Shown piece after piece: positions 44,306 to 53,310 of a stretch of 64,000 bases of DNA. Under the pieces are notes generated by a model. The model was not told the origin of the DNA. It saw only the letters and a list, made by a program, of their open reading frames with translations, and did not search any database. A program made the translations under genes and the position numbers. The DNA is taken from assembly GCA_035543015.1 (NCBI GenBank), contig DATKKG010000061.1, positions 2,065 to 66,064 on the forward strand, in the 5' to 3' direction. This DNA comes from Conexivisphaerales archaeon. Lineage in GTDB: Archaea; Thermoproteota; Nitrososphaeria; Conexivisphaerales; DTJL01. Within the stretch, counting starts at the first letter, position 1. The number at the start of each line of letters is the position of its first letter.

Positions 44306-44479
44306 ATGATGGAGATGCCACTTCCCGTTTGGTTCCGAGTCATAGCAGTCATACTTGTCACTCTTTCATGGCTCTTCCCAGCACAGCTGGGTGAGCTAGT
44401 CTGGATCGGCGTCCTCACGGGCGCGGTAGGGCTGATGCTAGCATTCGTCGGCGAGCGGGCGGCCAGCGGGAGGCTATGA
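44306..44479 (+). CDS. possible small two-helix membrane protein (below the ORF-track size cutoff)
   Basis: Hand translation gives MMEMPLPVWFRVIAVILVTLSWLFPAQLGELVWIGVLTGAVGLMLAFVGERAASGRL. The surrounding long ORFs have implausible composition. Confidence 0.3.
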   Translation: MMEMPLPVWFRVIAVILVTLSWLFPAQLGELVWIGVLTGAVGLMLAFVGERAASGRL

Positions 44480-44760
44480 GAGGACGTTGGTAGGAACAGG
44501 TGAAGAGATGAGCTGGCGAGGTATTCAAAGGACATGGAGGAGATCATGGGAGGGTCGGGCGACGAGCTGGAGAGGGAGGATGACAGATGAGAACAATCGA
44601 TTTTCTCGGGAGATATCCAGGAATGTGATGAGATGCTGGAAACGATATCCTCGTGGATTGGCTTCCGGGAGAGTGGCGGGACTCGCCGACATTCATTGGA
44701 ACGAGTCACCGGGCCAATGCAAGTTGGACCGACCAGAAGTGCTCGAATTCGTCGAGAGAA

Positions 44761-45552
44761 TCAGACTAGCTTTCCTTCTTCCCAGTAATAGAAGAACACG
44801 TCCTTCGCCCAGCTAAGAAATGTCGGGTCCATACCATAGAATCCGACATAATCCACCCCCCCTCCAATCAGACGAAAACACACGACGGCCTCCTTATCGG
44901 TGATGGCCATGATCGTTGGGATGTCGGAGAGACTCCTCACTTCAACGTTCTGTGTAAGTGCGGGCGGGTTCACACTGGTGGGAATGAGCCTTTCTGAAGT
45001 AAGAAACCTGAACTTCACTCCTTTGCGGACCTTCTCATTCACTGTTTGACCTGCAGATGCGAGGGCCTGTTCTCCAATGGCCCACACGTACTCCTCGGCC
45101 TCGCTGAACATCCGTCCAACCTTGTTGAAGTTCTCTATCGTGTCCGTTCTCAGTTCCGTCTGTGAGAGCTCCCCTATCCTGTTCACGAACTGATGGGGAA
45201 GGCGGGAGACGTCGTGGTTAAGGAAATACTCCCTGTGCCTGAATGCGAACTCCGAAGAGGAAATGAGGTGGAGCTCGAGCCTGCCGTATTCTGTAACGGT
45301 GTAAGAACCATCGGGCTTCCTCTGGACGAGGGAGGCCTCGCTCAAGCGTCGCAGCTGCCTGACAGCCTCTGTCGCAGTCAGGTCCAGCCGGCGGGCGATC
45401 TCCTGAGTCCTGAGATCTCTCTTCAGCAGCTCGCGCAGAATGCCGAGCCTGCTTTCACTGGCAAGTTCAAGGAACAGCCTTTCGACTCCTTCTGGATCTT
45501 CCAAGCTCCTTCGCCGATGTTCAAGCGTTTGCGTCTCCACGTTATTATCCAT
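44761..45552 (-). CDS. ArsR-type wHTH regulator with DUF1724 (FilR1-like) C-terminal domain
   Basis: 263 aa. HTH LRTQEIARRLDLTATEAVRQLRRLSEASLV. Paralogue of 47044..47901. Confidence 0.8.
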   Translation of the reverse strand: MDNNVETQTLEHRRRSLEDPEGVERLFLELASESRLGILRELLKRDLRTQEIARRLDLTATEAVRQLRRLSEASLVQRKPDGSYTVTEYGRLELHLISSSEFAFRHREYFLNHDVSRLPHQFVNRIGELSQTELRTDTIENFNKVGRMFSEAEEYVWAIGEQALASAGQTVNEKVRKGVKFRFLTSERLIPTSVNPPALTQNVEVRSLSDIPTIMAITDKEAVVCFRLIGGGVDYVGFYGMDPTFLSWAKDVFFYYWEEGKLV

Positions 45553-45783
45553 TGCACACTCTCATCGAACAGAGAGAGTCAGTCCCGCCCCTCAGACCAA
45601 TAGATCGTACGCAGCATTGCTTACGGGTAAACATCCGAATCAACCTAGGGCTATCAGCGTCGCTATCTGTACCACTGACTCAGGCAAGTGAAACCCGGTG
45701 ATGTCTGAAAGGAAGACGCTTGAGAAGGAGGGGGTTCCTGCGGACCCCCGGAGGGCGCAAGATAACGAAGGAGCTCAAGGGAG

Positions 45784-46515
45784 ATGACGACTCCAGCCTC
45801 GAACGCCGAGACCGCGGACGTTCCATGGAAGAGCCTTTACCGAATTGGTGGGGTGGGGGGCCCAGTTGCAGGAATGCTCATCGTAGTTGACCTCCTCGTA
45901 TTCATGTTGTGGCCGCAGCCCAGCACGATTGACGGGTGGTTCGAGCTATTTCGAAGGAGTTGGCTGGTCGGACTCCTAGACCTTGACCTCCTGGGCATCA
46001 TTGCGTATGTCTTCATCTCCCCCATCGTCCTCTCCCTCTACTTCTCCCTAAGAAGGACGAGCCAAGCTTGGATGTCGATAGCCACCGCTCTCACCTTCGT
46101 CGGGATATCTGCATACTTCGCCTCGAACACCGCTCTCTCCATGCTCTCTCTGAGCAATCAGTATGCGGCCGCGACGACTGACGTGCAGAGGTCGATCCTT
46201 CTGGCGGCGGGACAGGCGATGCTCGCACTCTTCCTGGGTCCTGCGTTCACCGAGAGCTACATCCTCGTATCGTCCTCGCTCCTGATCACCGCAATTGTCA
46301 TGCTACAAAGCAAGAGCACGTTCAGCAGGAGGACTGCCTACGTAGGGATACTTGCGAACCTGGCCGGGGTGGGACAGTACCTCCCCATCATGATCACCAG
46401 CCTGGCCCTCGGAATAACTAATTGTGTTGCTCTAGGGATTTGGTTCATCATGATCGGTCGGAGGCTCCTACGGTTAGGGGAGGCTGGCTACAAGGTGGAG
46501 GTGAATCCGAAATGA
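45784..46515 (+). CDS. polytopic membrane protein (DUF4386-like, tentative)
   Basis: 243 aa with about 6 hydrophobic segments. Confidence 0.65.
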   Translation: MTTPASNAETADVPWKSLYRIGGVGGPVAGMLIVVDLLVFMLWPQPSTIDGWFELFRRSWLVGLLDLDLLGIIAYVFISPIVLSLYFSLRRTSQAWMSIATALTFVGISAYFASNTALSMLSLSNQYAAATTDVQRSILLAAGQAMLALFLGPAFTESYILVSSSLLITAIVMLQSKSTFSRRTAYVGILANLAGVGQYLPIMITSLALGITNCVALGIWFIMIGRRLLRLGEAGYKVEVNPK

Positions 46516-46721
46516 CAAGGATGCCATCTCTTGACGTATTAGCATGGTACCTGGTCGCATTGGTGGTTGCCAGCCACGGGATGACCTACACCATGTTCGC
46601 CACACTTAACGAACGGGTATTAGTAGGATGGAGGGGAAGTTCCTGGCTTCTAGGCACCACCTTCACGGGTGGCACGCTCAGGACACTCGCGCTCGCCCTC
46701 TGGGTGGTGACGCCCAGGTAG
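46512..46721 (+). CDS. small membrane protein, possibly a 5' gene fragment
   Basis: The ATG overlaps the upstream stop (ATGA). 69 aa with two hydrophobic segments. Runs into the mgsA remnant. Confidence 0.3.
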   Translation: MTRMPSLDVLAWYLVALVVASHGMTYTMFATLNERVLVGWRGSSWLLGTTFTGGTLRTLALALWVVTPR

Positions 46722-46900
46722 GCACGATGACCGCCGAAGGAAAGGTCGACGTAATCATGTTCTTCTGGGACCCGCTGACCTCCGAACCTCGCGACGCAGA
46801 TGTGAAAACCCTCTTGCGTCTCGCAGTGCTGTACGACGTTCCCATTGCCTGCAATCGCAGCACCGCAGATTTCCTCATTTCCTCTCCGATGTTCAAGGAT
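46697..46900 (+). pseudogene. methylglyoxal synthase (MgsA) remnant, central/C-terminal part only
   Basis: PLGGDAQVGTMTAEGKVDVIMFFWDPLTSEPRDADVKTLLRLAVLYDVPIACNRSTADFLISSPMF matches the MGS core. The N-terminal half of the domain is absent, and the PHDPD His is replaced by Arg (PRDAD). Confidence 0.6.
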
Positions 46901-47043
46901 TGGAAGCGGGAAAGGCGGAGCTCGAGAGACTGGCTCGAAGACGGAATGGCAGGCGCAGATGGAGGTCCTAGTCAGGCGGCATTGTGGAGGACGCCCCCGA
47001 GCGTACGCCTCGGGATCTCTTATCCGGACTTCCGGGCACTCCG

Positions 47044-47901
47044 TCAGCTGAGTGGCACGTACTCTGGCGTCGCCCTGGTGGAGGAGCTCCAGTAGTGCAG
47101 GAACAGTGCCTTCGCCCACTTGACCGACATCTCGTCTGAGGCCCTGAAACCGCGATAGTCCATCTTGCCATCCGTGTTCGAGAATCCTAAGGCGGCGAGC
47201 TCCTTGTCAGAGAGGCATATCAGGACGTCCACGCTCTTCAGGAGCCTCTCTTCGAACAGCCCTTTGTTTATGGCCCTGCTGAAAGAAGCATCGGTCATAC
47301 GCTCCAGGGCGTCCCTGGGCGGGGCGACCCCCGTTGGAAGGATGAGCCTGAACTCAACACCCCTGTCCAGCGCCTCCTCGAGCCTGGGGATGGTGCTCAC
47401 CAGCACCTGGTCGGAAAGGATCCAGATGTGCTTCTCGGCCTTCTGAATCATGTTCTCGACGTTGGAGAAGGCGACCATGACGTCGTCTATCATTTCGCAG
47501 CCGCTCAGCGAGGCGAGGCCGTAGGAGAACTCCCTGGGCAGCCTCGAAAGCGTGTGGGTGAGGAAGTAGTCGCGGTGCCTGGAGAGGAAGTCCAGGCCGG
47601 CGAGGAGGTTCATGGTCGCCTCGCCGTACGGTGTCAGGCGGAAGGTTCCGTCGGGATCCTTCACGATGAGCCTGGCCTCGGAAAGCCTCGAAAGGTTCCG
47701 GGCGGCCTCCTGAACGGTGAACCCGAGCCCCTTGGACAGATGAGAGAGCCGCATGGGCTTCTTCTTCAGCTCCAGTAGCATGTTCAGCCTGTCCTCGCCC
47801 GCGAGCTCGAAGAGGGAATCGTGCAGAGCTCCCAAACTCTGTCCACCTTCCGAGACTACGCACGGCCGCCTTTTAATTGATGCTGAATGCTGAGATTTCA
47901 T
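47044..47901 (-). CDS. ArsR-type wHTH regulator with DUF1724 (FilR1-like) C-terminal domain
   Basis: HTH MRLSHLSKGLGFTVQEAARNLSRLSEARLI. A start at the ATG at 47901 avoids a divergent overlap with 47964. The track ORF extends to 47973. Confidence 0.8.
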   Translation of the reverse strand: MKSQHSASIKRRPCVVSEGGQSLGALHDSLFELAGEDRLNMLLELKKKPMRLSHLSKGLGFTVQEAARNLSRLSEARLIVKDPDGTFRLTPYGEATMNLLAGLDFLSRHRDYFLTHTLSRLPREFSYGLASLSGCEMIDDVMVAFSNVENMIQKAEKHIWILSDQVLVSTIPRLEEALDRGVEFRLILPTGVAPPRDALERMTDASFSRAINKGLFEERLLKSVDVLICLSDKELAALGFSNTDGKMDYRGFRASDEMSVKWAKALFLHYWSSSTRATPEYVPLS

Positions 47902-47963
47902 AGGAGCTGCTGAGGACGGTTTATCCCCGTTTCCGGCCCTCTCCTTGCCAGAGGAACGGAAAG

Positions 47964-48536
47964 ATGAGGGCACTTGTGTTGAACGGCTCCGAGGCCGAGG
48001 GGAGCGTCGTTGACGGGATCTCCGACTACCTCGTAGACTTCCTTAGGATCAAAGGGCATGACGCGGACGTCATGGCCCTTCGAGACGAGCGCATCGCACC
48101 CTGCCTGGGCTGCTTCTCCTGCTGGACAAGGACTCCAGGCCGTTGCATAATCGAGGATGAAGGTGCGACCCTGCCGAGGAGGGTGATGGGGAGCGAAATC
48201 CTCTTCCTGTTGACCCCTGTGACGTTCGGCACGTTCTCCTACCAGCTGAAGAAGGCCGTCGACAGGTACGCATGCCCACTCCTCCTGCCCTTCTTCGCGA
48301 AGGTGGACGGGGAGACTCACCATGCGGCAAGGTATGCGCAGTATCCGAAAGTGGTCGCCATAGGGGTCCTCCCAAGCAAGGACGAGGGAAGCGAAGCTCT
48401 GTTCTCGGCGCTGGTGGACAGGAATGCGATCAACATGCACACAGAGGCCATCTCAGTGATAGTGTACTCGGACGAGACCTCAGATTCGATTAAGGAGAAA
48501 CTCAGGTCGGCTCTGACGAGGGTGGGAGCTTGGTGA
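47964..48536 (+). CDS. flavodoxin-fold NAD(P)H-dependent FMN reductase / iron-sulfur flavoprotein-like
   Basis: 190 aa. MRALVLNGS N-terminus and Cys motif CLGCFSCW..PGRC. Confidence 0.75.
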   Translation: MRALVLNGSEAEGSVVDGISDYLVDFLRIKGHDADVMALRDERIAPCLGCFSCWTRTPGRCIIEDEGATLPRRVMGSEILFLLTPVTFGTFSYQLKKAVDRYACPLLLPFFAKVDGETHHAARYAQYPKVVAIGVLPSKDEGSEALFSALVDRNAINMHTEAISVIVYSDETSDSIKEKLRSALTRVGAW

Positions 48537-49243
48537 CGCAGGGCGTTTCTCGGGCGGCTATCCTGGTAGGCAGCATGAGGGGCCGTATCAGCACGTCGGA
48601 CTCCCTGGGATCCTTCCTGGCGGACAAGCTTGAGGGGCGCGGGGTGGCCTGCGAGAAGGCGTACCTTGCCCAGTGCCTCGGCTCCGATGAGAAGAGTGCT
48701 CTCCTTCTTGGGCTCGTCGACCGGGCCGACCTCGTGGTGCTGGCGTTTCCCCTTTACGTCGACAGCCTGCCCTCACAAGCGATAAGGGCGCTAGAGCTGA
48801 TAGCTGAGCATGAGAAGGGTTCCGCCAACCCCAGCGGGAAGAGCTTCGTCGGCATAGTGAACAGCGGCTTCCCGGAGGCCAGGCAGAACGATTACGCGCT
48901 GGCCGTCTGCCAGTCGTTCGCTCGGCAGGTGGGCTTCAGGTGGGCGGGCGGTCTGGCCCTGGGCGGAGGCGGCATGGTGGGAGGAAGGCCTCTAGCCGAA
49001 GGAGGAGGAGGGGTCAGGAACCAGAGGGCCGCCCTCGAAATGGCAGCCGACTCCCTGGCCAGAGGCGAGGTGATTCCAGAGAAAGCGACCTCTCTGATGT
49101 CCAAGCTGGGGATCCCCAGGTGGCTGTATCTGTGGATGGGGAACCGGAGATGGCATTTCGAAGCCAGAAGCCACGGCGTGTCGGCAGAGTTGCGCGACAG
49201 GCCCGCCGAAGTGGACCTGGAGACTAGACAAGCCACAAACTAG
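48530..49243 (+). CDS. flavodoxin-fold protein (NAD(P)H:quinone reductase-like)
   Basis: 237 aa. AAILVGSMRG..STS and DLVVLAFPLYVDSLPS. Its start overlaps the upstream stop. Confidence 0.7.
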   Translation: MVTQGVSRAAILVGSMRGRISTSDSLGSFLADKLEGRGVACEKAYLAQCLGSDEKSALLLGLVDRADLVVLAFPLYVDSLPSQAIRALELIAEHEKGSANPSGKSFVGIVNSGFPEARQNDYALAVCQSFARQVGFRWAGGLALGGGGMVGGRPLAEGGGGVRNQRAALEMAADSLARGEVIPEKATSLMSKLGIPRWLYLWMGNRRWHFEARSHGVSAELRDRPAEVDLETRQATN

Positions 49244-49285
49244 GGTAGCCTTCCGTGAACATCATTCATATATGCAAAGGAGCAG

Positions 49286-49774
49286 ATGCAAGCCAAGAGG
49301 CCAATCATCGATTTGGCGAGTCCAGCACAGGTCTCCAAGTATGCCGTCGCGTTCGTAGTTGCGGGCGGAGTGATATGGGTGGCCGGCGCGATTCTCTATA
49401 GCGTCCAGATCGGTTCCTGTTTCTCGTGCGCTTCTGCTGTGGTAGGTCCTGGGGTGAACACTTCGACTTTCTCTCCAGCTGCCATCCGCAACCTGGCCTG
49501 GGATGGCCTCTACGCCAACCTCTACGTGGCCACGGTAGGGCTGCTCGCTATCGCCATAGGCCTCAGGGCTTTCAGGCGTGGCGAGACTTGGTCCTGGTAT
49601 GCGGTAGCGATCTTCGCGGCGAGTGGAATCCTGACCGCCAAGCTTGACGAGGCGAGCTGGGGAGGCTGGTATACGTTCATCTTCCTCGGCCTCCCGCCAC
49701 TCCTGGGGCTGACGCCGTCCGCAGGCAGCTTCTTGAGAAGGGCACCTCGCACGCGGACTCTCAAAGGGGCCTAG
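49286..49774 (+). CDS. membrane protein, unknown function
   Basis: 162 aa, 4 hydrophobic segments. Confidence 0.6.
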   Translation: MQAKRPIIDLASPAQVSKYAVAFVVAGGVIWVAGAILYSVQIGSCFSCASAVVGPGVNTSTFSPAAIRNLAWDGLYANLYVATVGLLAIAIGLRAFRRGETWSWYAVAIFAASGILTAKLDEASWGGWYTFIFLGLPPLLGLTPSAGSFLRRAPRTRTLKGA

Positions 49775-49905
49775 TTCTGCCGAACCATCATTCAGACATT
49801 GAGCGGCGCCAACCTCTCCCACGATTTCCCGAGAACCCCCTGGCAGATGGATAGGATGGCGCTCGAAAAGGTCGGTTCTAGTTACAGCCGTGGGAGGGAG
49901 TCTTA

Positions 49906-49917
49906 TATACTAGTATA
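49906..49917. promoter_or_regulatory. perfect 12-bp palindrome TATACTAGTATA upstream of vapB (candidate operator/TATA)
   Basis: Self-complementary 12-mer ending 12 nt before the vapB ATG. Confidence 0.4.
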
Positions 49918-49929
49918 CCCTTATACCGC

Positions 49930-50148
49930 ATGAGTGAATTGACGGAATCGACCACCGTGAAGGTGTCAAAGGAGACCGTGAGGAGGCTCGCCGCCCTCCA
50001 GCGGAGCCTCCACGCTAGAAGCATGGACGAAACGATAGCGATTCTGGTGAGACGGCGGAGGAAGGAGGCGCTCGACGCGGCCTTCGGGAGCGACCCGACG
50101 GCTTCGAGGAGCTTCACGGAGGAGGACCGCCTTGAAGACCGTAGTTGA
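49930..50148 (+). CDS. vapB: VapB-type antitoxin (ribbon-helix-helix-like)
   Basis: 72 aa. TTVKVSKETVRRLAALQ N-terminus. Overlaps vapC by 17 nt. Confidence 0.7.
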   Translation: MSELTESTTVKVSKETVRRLAALQRSLHARSMDETIAILVRRRRKEALDAAFGSDPTASRSFTEEDRLEDRS

Positions 50149-50542
50149 TTCCTGGGCCTGGGTGGAGCTGTTCAAGGGGAGTGCGGCGGGGAGGAATGCA
50201 AAGGAGCGAATTGAAGAAGCAGACGACGCGTTCACTCCAAGCTTGGTCCTTGCAGAGTTGGCTGGGAAGTACTTGAGAGAAGGAGTCGACCCCGCCGTGA
50301 CGCGTCGGTGGCTCCAGACGATATCCGAATCCACAGAGGTAATTGGAATCGACATCGACCTTGCACAGATGTCCGCAAAGGCTTCAATCGAGCTGTACGA
50401 AAAAGCGCGATCCGAGGGTATCAGAAGACCCGGCCTCGGTGATGCGATAGTGTTGGCCACCGCAAGGAGCTGCCAGGCGCTGGTCCTGACTGGTGATCCC
50501 CATTTCAAAGGCTTGCCTGAGACCTCGTGGCTCGAGGGTTGA
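50132..50542 (+). CDS. vapC: PIN-domain toxin VapC
   Basis: 136 aa. VVDSWAWVE, LAELA, GLGDAIVLATA, and LTGDPHF acidic PIN positions. Confidence 0.88.
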   Translation: MKTVVDSWAWVELFKGSAAGRNAKERIEEADDAFTPSLVLAELAGKYLREGVDPAVTRRWLQTISESTEVIGIDIDLAQMSAKASIELYEKARSEGIRRPGLGDAIVLATARSCQALVLTGDPHFKGLPETSWLEG

Positions 50543-50615
50543 AGGTCCAAGGGTGTCTTGGCCCTACCCTCAGCCGCTCAAAGTACTCTCAGCGCCCGTA
50601 TCTGTTCAGCCCATC

Positions 50616-50640
50616 TTCGCGGGCCCAAGCCCACGCCCAA
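50616..50640 (+). repeat. intergenic motif copy 1 (TTCGCGGGCCCAAGCCCACGCCCAA)
   Basis: Member of the six-copy family TTCGYAGGTCCAAGCCCACGC. Shares the upstream CAGCCCAT with copy 3. Confidence 0.8.
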
Positions 50641-50836
50641 GAGAGGAAACCCAGGCAGCATGGCGCCCGACCTAGCGTAGCCTCGGAAGTCTGTATCCGT
50701 TTCGACCGTAAGGTGGAAGCAAAGATAGTTCTGAGCTTGTCTCGAAGGGGGTCCAGATTCGCGAAGTGAAGGAAACGCAGAATCCTTAAGAGAGGTTATC
50801 CCAACAAATCATTCTCAAAGAAGGAGAGCGCGACAA

Positions 50837-51145
50837 TTGGCTATTGGGATCTATATCGTTATGGGAGCAATCCCAATTGTTATAGTCTTCATAGCATCCG
50901 GGCTATTGCTCGGAAGGAGAGGTCGCGGCAGATTAGTCGAGTGTCCAGAGTGCGGAGCTCAATTCAAACGGCCAGCCTACGCCGAGAAGCCGGTTGGGTT
51001 TGGACCAGGGTTGCCAAGCACAGGAGGAGAATTCACGTGCCCAAAGTGCAAGTACAGGGCCAATACCTCTAGCTTCAGGTACGTGAACGAAAAGGAGAGC
51101 AATCCCAGCGTAGATAGCCCGGCTCAAAGAGGGCGTTACCCATGA
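50837..51145 (+). CDS. membrane-anchored zinc-ribbon protein coupled to the ABC transporter
   Basis: 102 aa. N-terminal hydrophobic helix, CPECG...CPKC. Its stop overlaps the ABC ATPase start (ATGA). Confidence 0.6.
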   Translation: MAIGIYIVMGAIPIVIVFIASGLLLGRRGRGRLVECPECGAQFKRPAYAEKPVGFGPGLPSTGGEFTCPKCKYRANTSSFRYVNEKESNPSVDSPAQRGRYP

Positions 51146-52098
51146 CATCTCCTGCTCCCGCGATTGAAACGGTTGGGCTCACCAAGCGGTTCGGCGACCT
51201 TACCGCGGTCGACAGCGTGACCCTCCGCGTCGAGCAAGGCGAGGTCTTCGGGTTCCTTGGACCCAACGGGGCGGGAAAGACCACGACAATCAGGATGCTC
51301 TGCTGCCTGATATCAAAAACCAGCGGAGAAGCGAAGATTGCCGGCTATGATGTTGGCAAGGATGCGGATTCACTGAAGATAAGGAAGCTAATCGGGTTGG
51401 TACCGGACAACGTGGGCCTCTACGACGACCTGAGCGCCTACGACAACTTGGACTTTTACGGCAAGCTGTACGACTGCCCGGATGCCCAGCGGAAAGAGAA
51501 TATCCAGCGATTCCTGACGATGCTGGGCCTCTGGGAGAAGAGGGACGTCATGGCCGGGACCTACTCCAAGGGGATGAAGCAGAAGCTCGCGATCGCGCGT
51601 GCCCTCATACATGAGCCAGAGCTCCTCTTCATGGACGAACCCACGGCCAACCTGGACCCGGAGTCCGCCAAGACGGTCAGGGATTTCATCCTCGAGCTGA
51701 AGAAAGAGAAGAGGACCATCTTCCTCAACACGCACAACCTGGACGAAGCCCAGAGGATATGCGACAGGATTGGAATCCTGAACACCAAGCTCATCGCGAC
51801 GGGCACTCCGCGGGAGCTCGAGAGGGCGCTGAGCAGCGGTGGAGGCACCAGAACGACAGTTGTGCTGCTTCAGGAGCAAGCGACGGATGCGATGCTGGCG
51901 GGATTGAGACAGCTATCGGGGAACGTCACGACGGAAGGGAACAAGCTGACGATCGAGCTGAAGGACCCTGAGAAGCAGAACGCCGCCGTCATCGCGGCGA
52001 TAGCCAAGGCCGGAGGACACATCGAGTCCGTGACAATCGCCGGCGCCTCACTTGAAGACGTATACCTGAAGCTGGTGAGGGAAGGAGGGGGGAGTTAG
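51142..52098 (+). CDS. ABC transporter ATP-binding protein (ABC-2 exporter type)
   Basis: 318 aa. Walker A GPNGAGKTT, signature YSKGMKQK, Walker B LLFMDEP. Confidence 0.93.
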   Translation: MTSPAPAIETVGLTKRFGDLTAVDSVTLRVEQGEVFGFLGPNGAGKTTTIRMLCCLISKTSGEAKIAGYDVGKDADSLKIRKLIGLVPDNVGLYDDLSAYDNLDFYGKLYDCPDAQRKENIQRFLTMLGLWEKRDVMAGTYSKGMKQKLAIARALIHEPELLFMDEPTANLDPESAKTVRDFILELKKEKRTIFLNTHNLDEAQRICDRIGILNTKLIATGTPRELERALSSGGGTRTTVVLLQEQATDAMLAGLRQLSGNVTTEGNKLTIELKDPEKQNAAVIAAIAKAGGHIESVTIAGASLEDVYLKLVREGGGS

Positions 52099-52102
52099 GA
52101 GC

Positions 52103-52846
52103 GTGCGGCTCTCCAAGGCCTGGATCATAGCTGCAAAGGACTTCAAGACTTACCGCAAGAAGAAGAACATCATGTATTCGTTGGTCGCCGTTCCGCTTCT
52201 CATCGCCATTCTCATCCCCGCAGTCATAGGCTACATCGGCCAGAAGAACACCAGCCGCACCTCCCCTGCCGAGCTGATGGTCCTGTTACCTGCGTTCCTC
52301 TTCTTCTACGTCATTCTTGGATCGTATCTATCTACTCCGATAGCATCGTACACCATCGCTGGCGAAAAGGTCGAGAAGAGCCTCGAGCCGCTCCTCGCGA
52401 CGCCCACGACCGACAGCGAGATCCTACTCGGAAAGGGGATAGCTGCCTTCTTTCCGCCTCTAGCCGCGGTGCTGGGAGGATCCGCACTCTTCATGCTTCT
52501 CATGGACCTGACCACCAAGGACAAGCTTGGTTACTACTACTTCCCGAACTGGAATTCAGCCATCGTTATACTCTTGCTTCTTCCGCTCGCGTTGTTGATG
52601 AGCGTACAAATGAACGTAATCGTGTCCTCGAGGGTGACCGACATCAGGTCTGGACAACAACTCGGAGCGCTGACGATGATTCCGTTTTTGGGGTTGTATG
52701 TCGCCGGGGAGCTCAAACTGATCGACCTCGGAGACACCAGCAACCTGCTGATGATCGCCGGAGCCTTGCTCGTGGTGGACGTGGTGCTCTTCTTCGTTTC
52801 GAGAGCGACGTTCCGCAGAGAGGAGATACTGACAAAATGGAAGTAG
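52103..52846 (+). CDS. ABC-2-type transporter permease
   Basis: 247 aa, 6 hydrophobic segments. Directly follows the ATPase. Confidence 0.8.
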   Translation: MRLSKAWIIAAKDFKTYRKKKNIMYSLVAVPLLIAILIPAVIGYIGQKNTSRTSPAELMVLLPAFLFFYVILGSYLSTPIASYTIAGEKVEKSLEPLLATPTTDSEILLGKGIAAFFPPLAAVLGGSALFMLLMDLTTKDKLGYYYFPNWNSAIVILLLLPLALLMSVQMNVIVSSRVTDIRSGQQLGALTMIPFLGLYVAGELKLIDLGDTSNLLMIAGALLVVDVVLFFVSRATFRREEILTKWK

Positions 52847-53208
52847 GCGCCCCAACTTCGAAACCGGTCCAAGATTTGGACGGCGCAAATCTCTTTTATA
52901 TTCCGTCATCTTTCGCAAGACGCATGGCCAAATCCAGTTTCGAAGTAGGAGAGAAGGAGAAGCACACGCTTACAGTAGATCTTGACTGGGTAATGAAGAG
53001 AATCCTCATCGAGCTGGACGGAGAGAAGCTGGCCGATGAATACTACTACTCGCTCGGTGCGAAGACATGGTCTTTCGACGTAGGAAGCTCTGAGGTACAC
53101 AAGGTCGAAGTCAGACTAGGAATGACTTTGCCCCTACTCGCAATTGTAAAGAGAAGGGAAGTGAAGGTGCTCGTGGACGGGAAGCCAGCACGGAGTTCGA
53201 GCGCCTGA
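52837..53208 (+). CDS. hypothetical protein
   Basis: 123 aa ORF overlapping the permease stop by 10 nt. The start may be the internal Met (MAKSSFEV). Confidence 0.45.
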   Translation: MEVGAPTSKPVQDLDGANLFYIPSSFARRMAKSSFEVGEKEKHTLTVDLDWVMKRILIELDGEKLADEYYYSLGAKTWSFDVGSSEVHKVEVRLGMTLPLLAIVKRREVKVLVDGKPARSSSA

Positions 53209-53251
53209 AACTGAGGATATGGCGCTATGCAGCACTGATGCGTCGATCTGA

Positions 53252-53285
53252 CTGAAGATGACGAGCATCTCTCAGTCATCTTCAG
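53252..53285. other. 11-bp perfect inverted repeat (CTGAAGATGAC / GTCATCTTCAG, 12-nt loop)
   Basis: Read directly from the sequence. Lies between ORF 52837..53208 and the histidine-kinase remnant. Confidence 0.6.
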
Positions 53286-53310
53286 GTTGTTGGAAACAAT
53301 GGGTTGATTC

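Noticed and set aside
44005-44816. Overlapping ORFs 44005..44709 (-), 44026..44394 (+) and 44487..44816 (+)
   Set aside because: The translations are Ser/Arg/Pro/Trp-rich with no motifs, and the ORFs mutually overlap. This is more likely non-coding or degraded DNA at the island edge. Only the short two-helix ORF 44306..44479 was kept, at low confidence.
46628-47095. 155-aa ORF as an intact gene
   Set aside because: Only residues ~24-91 resemble MgsA. The flanking parts are unrelated and overlap neighbouring genes. The region was annotated as a pseudogene remnant instead.
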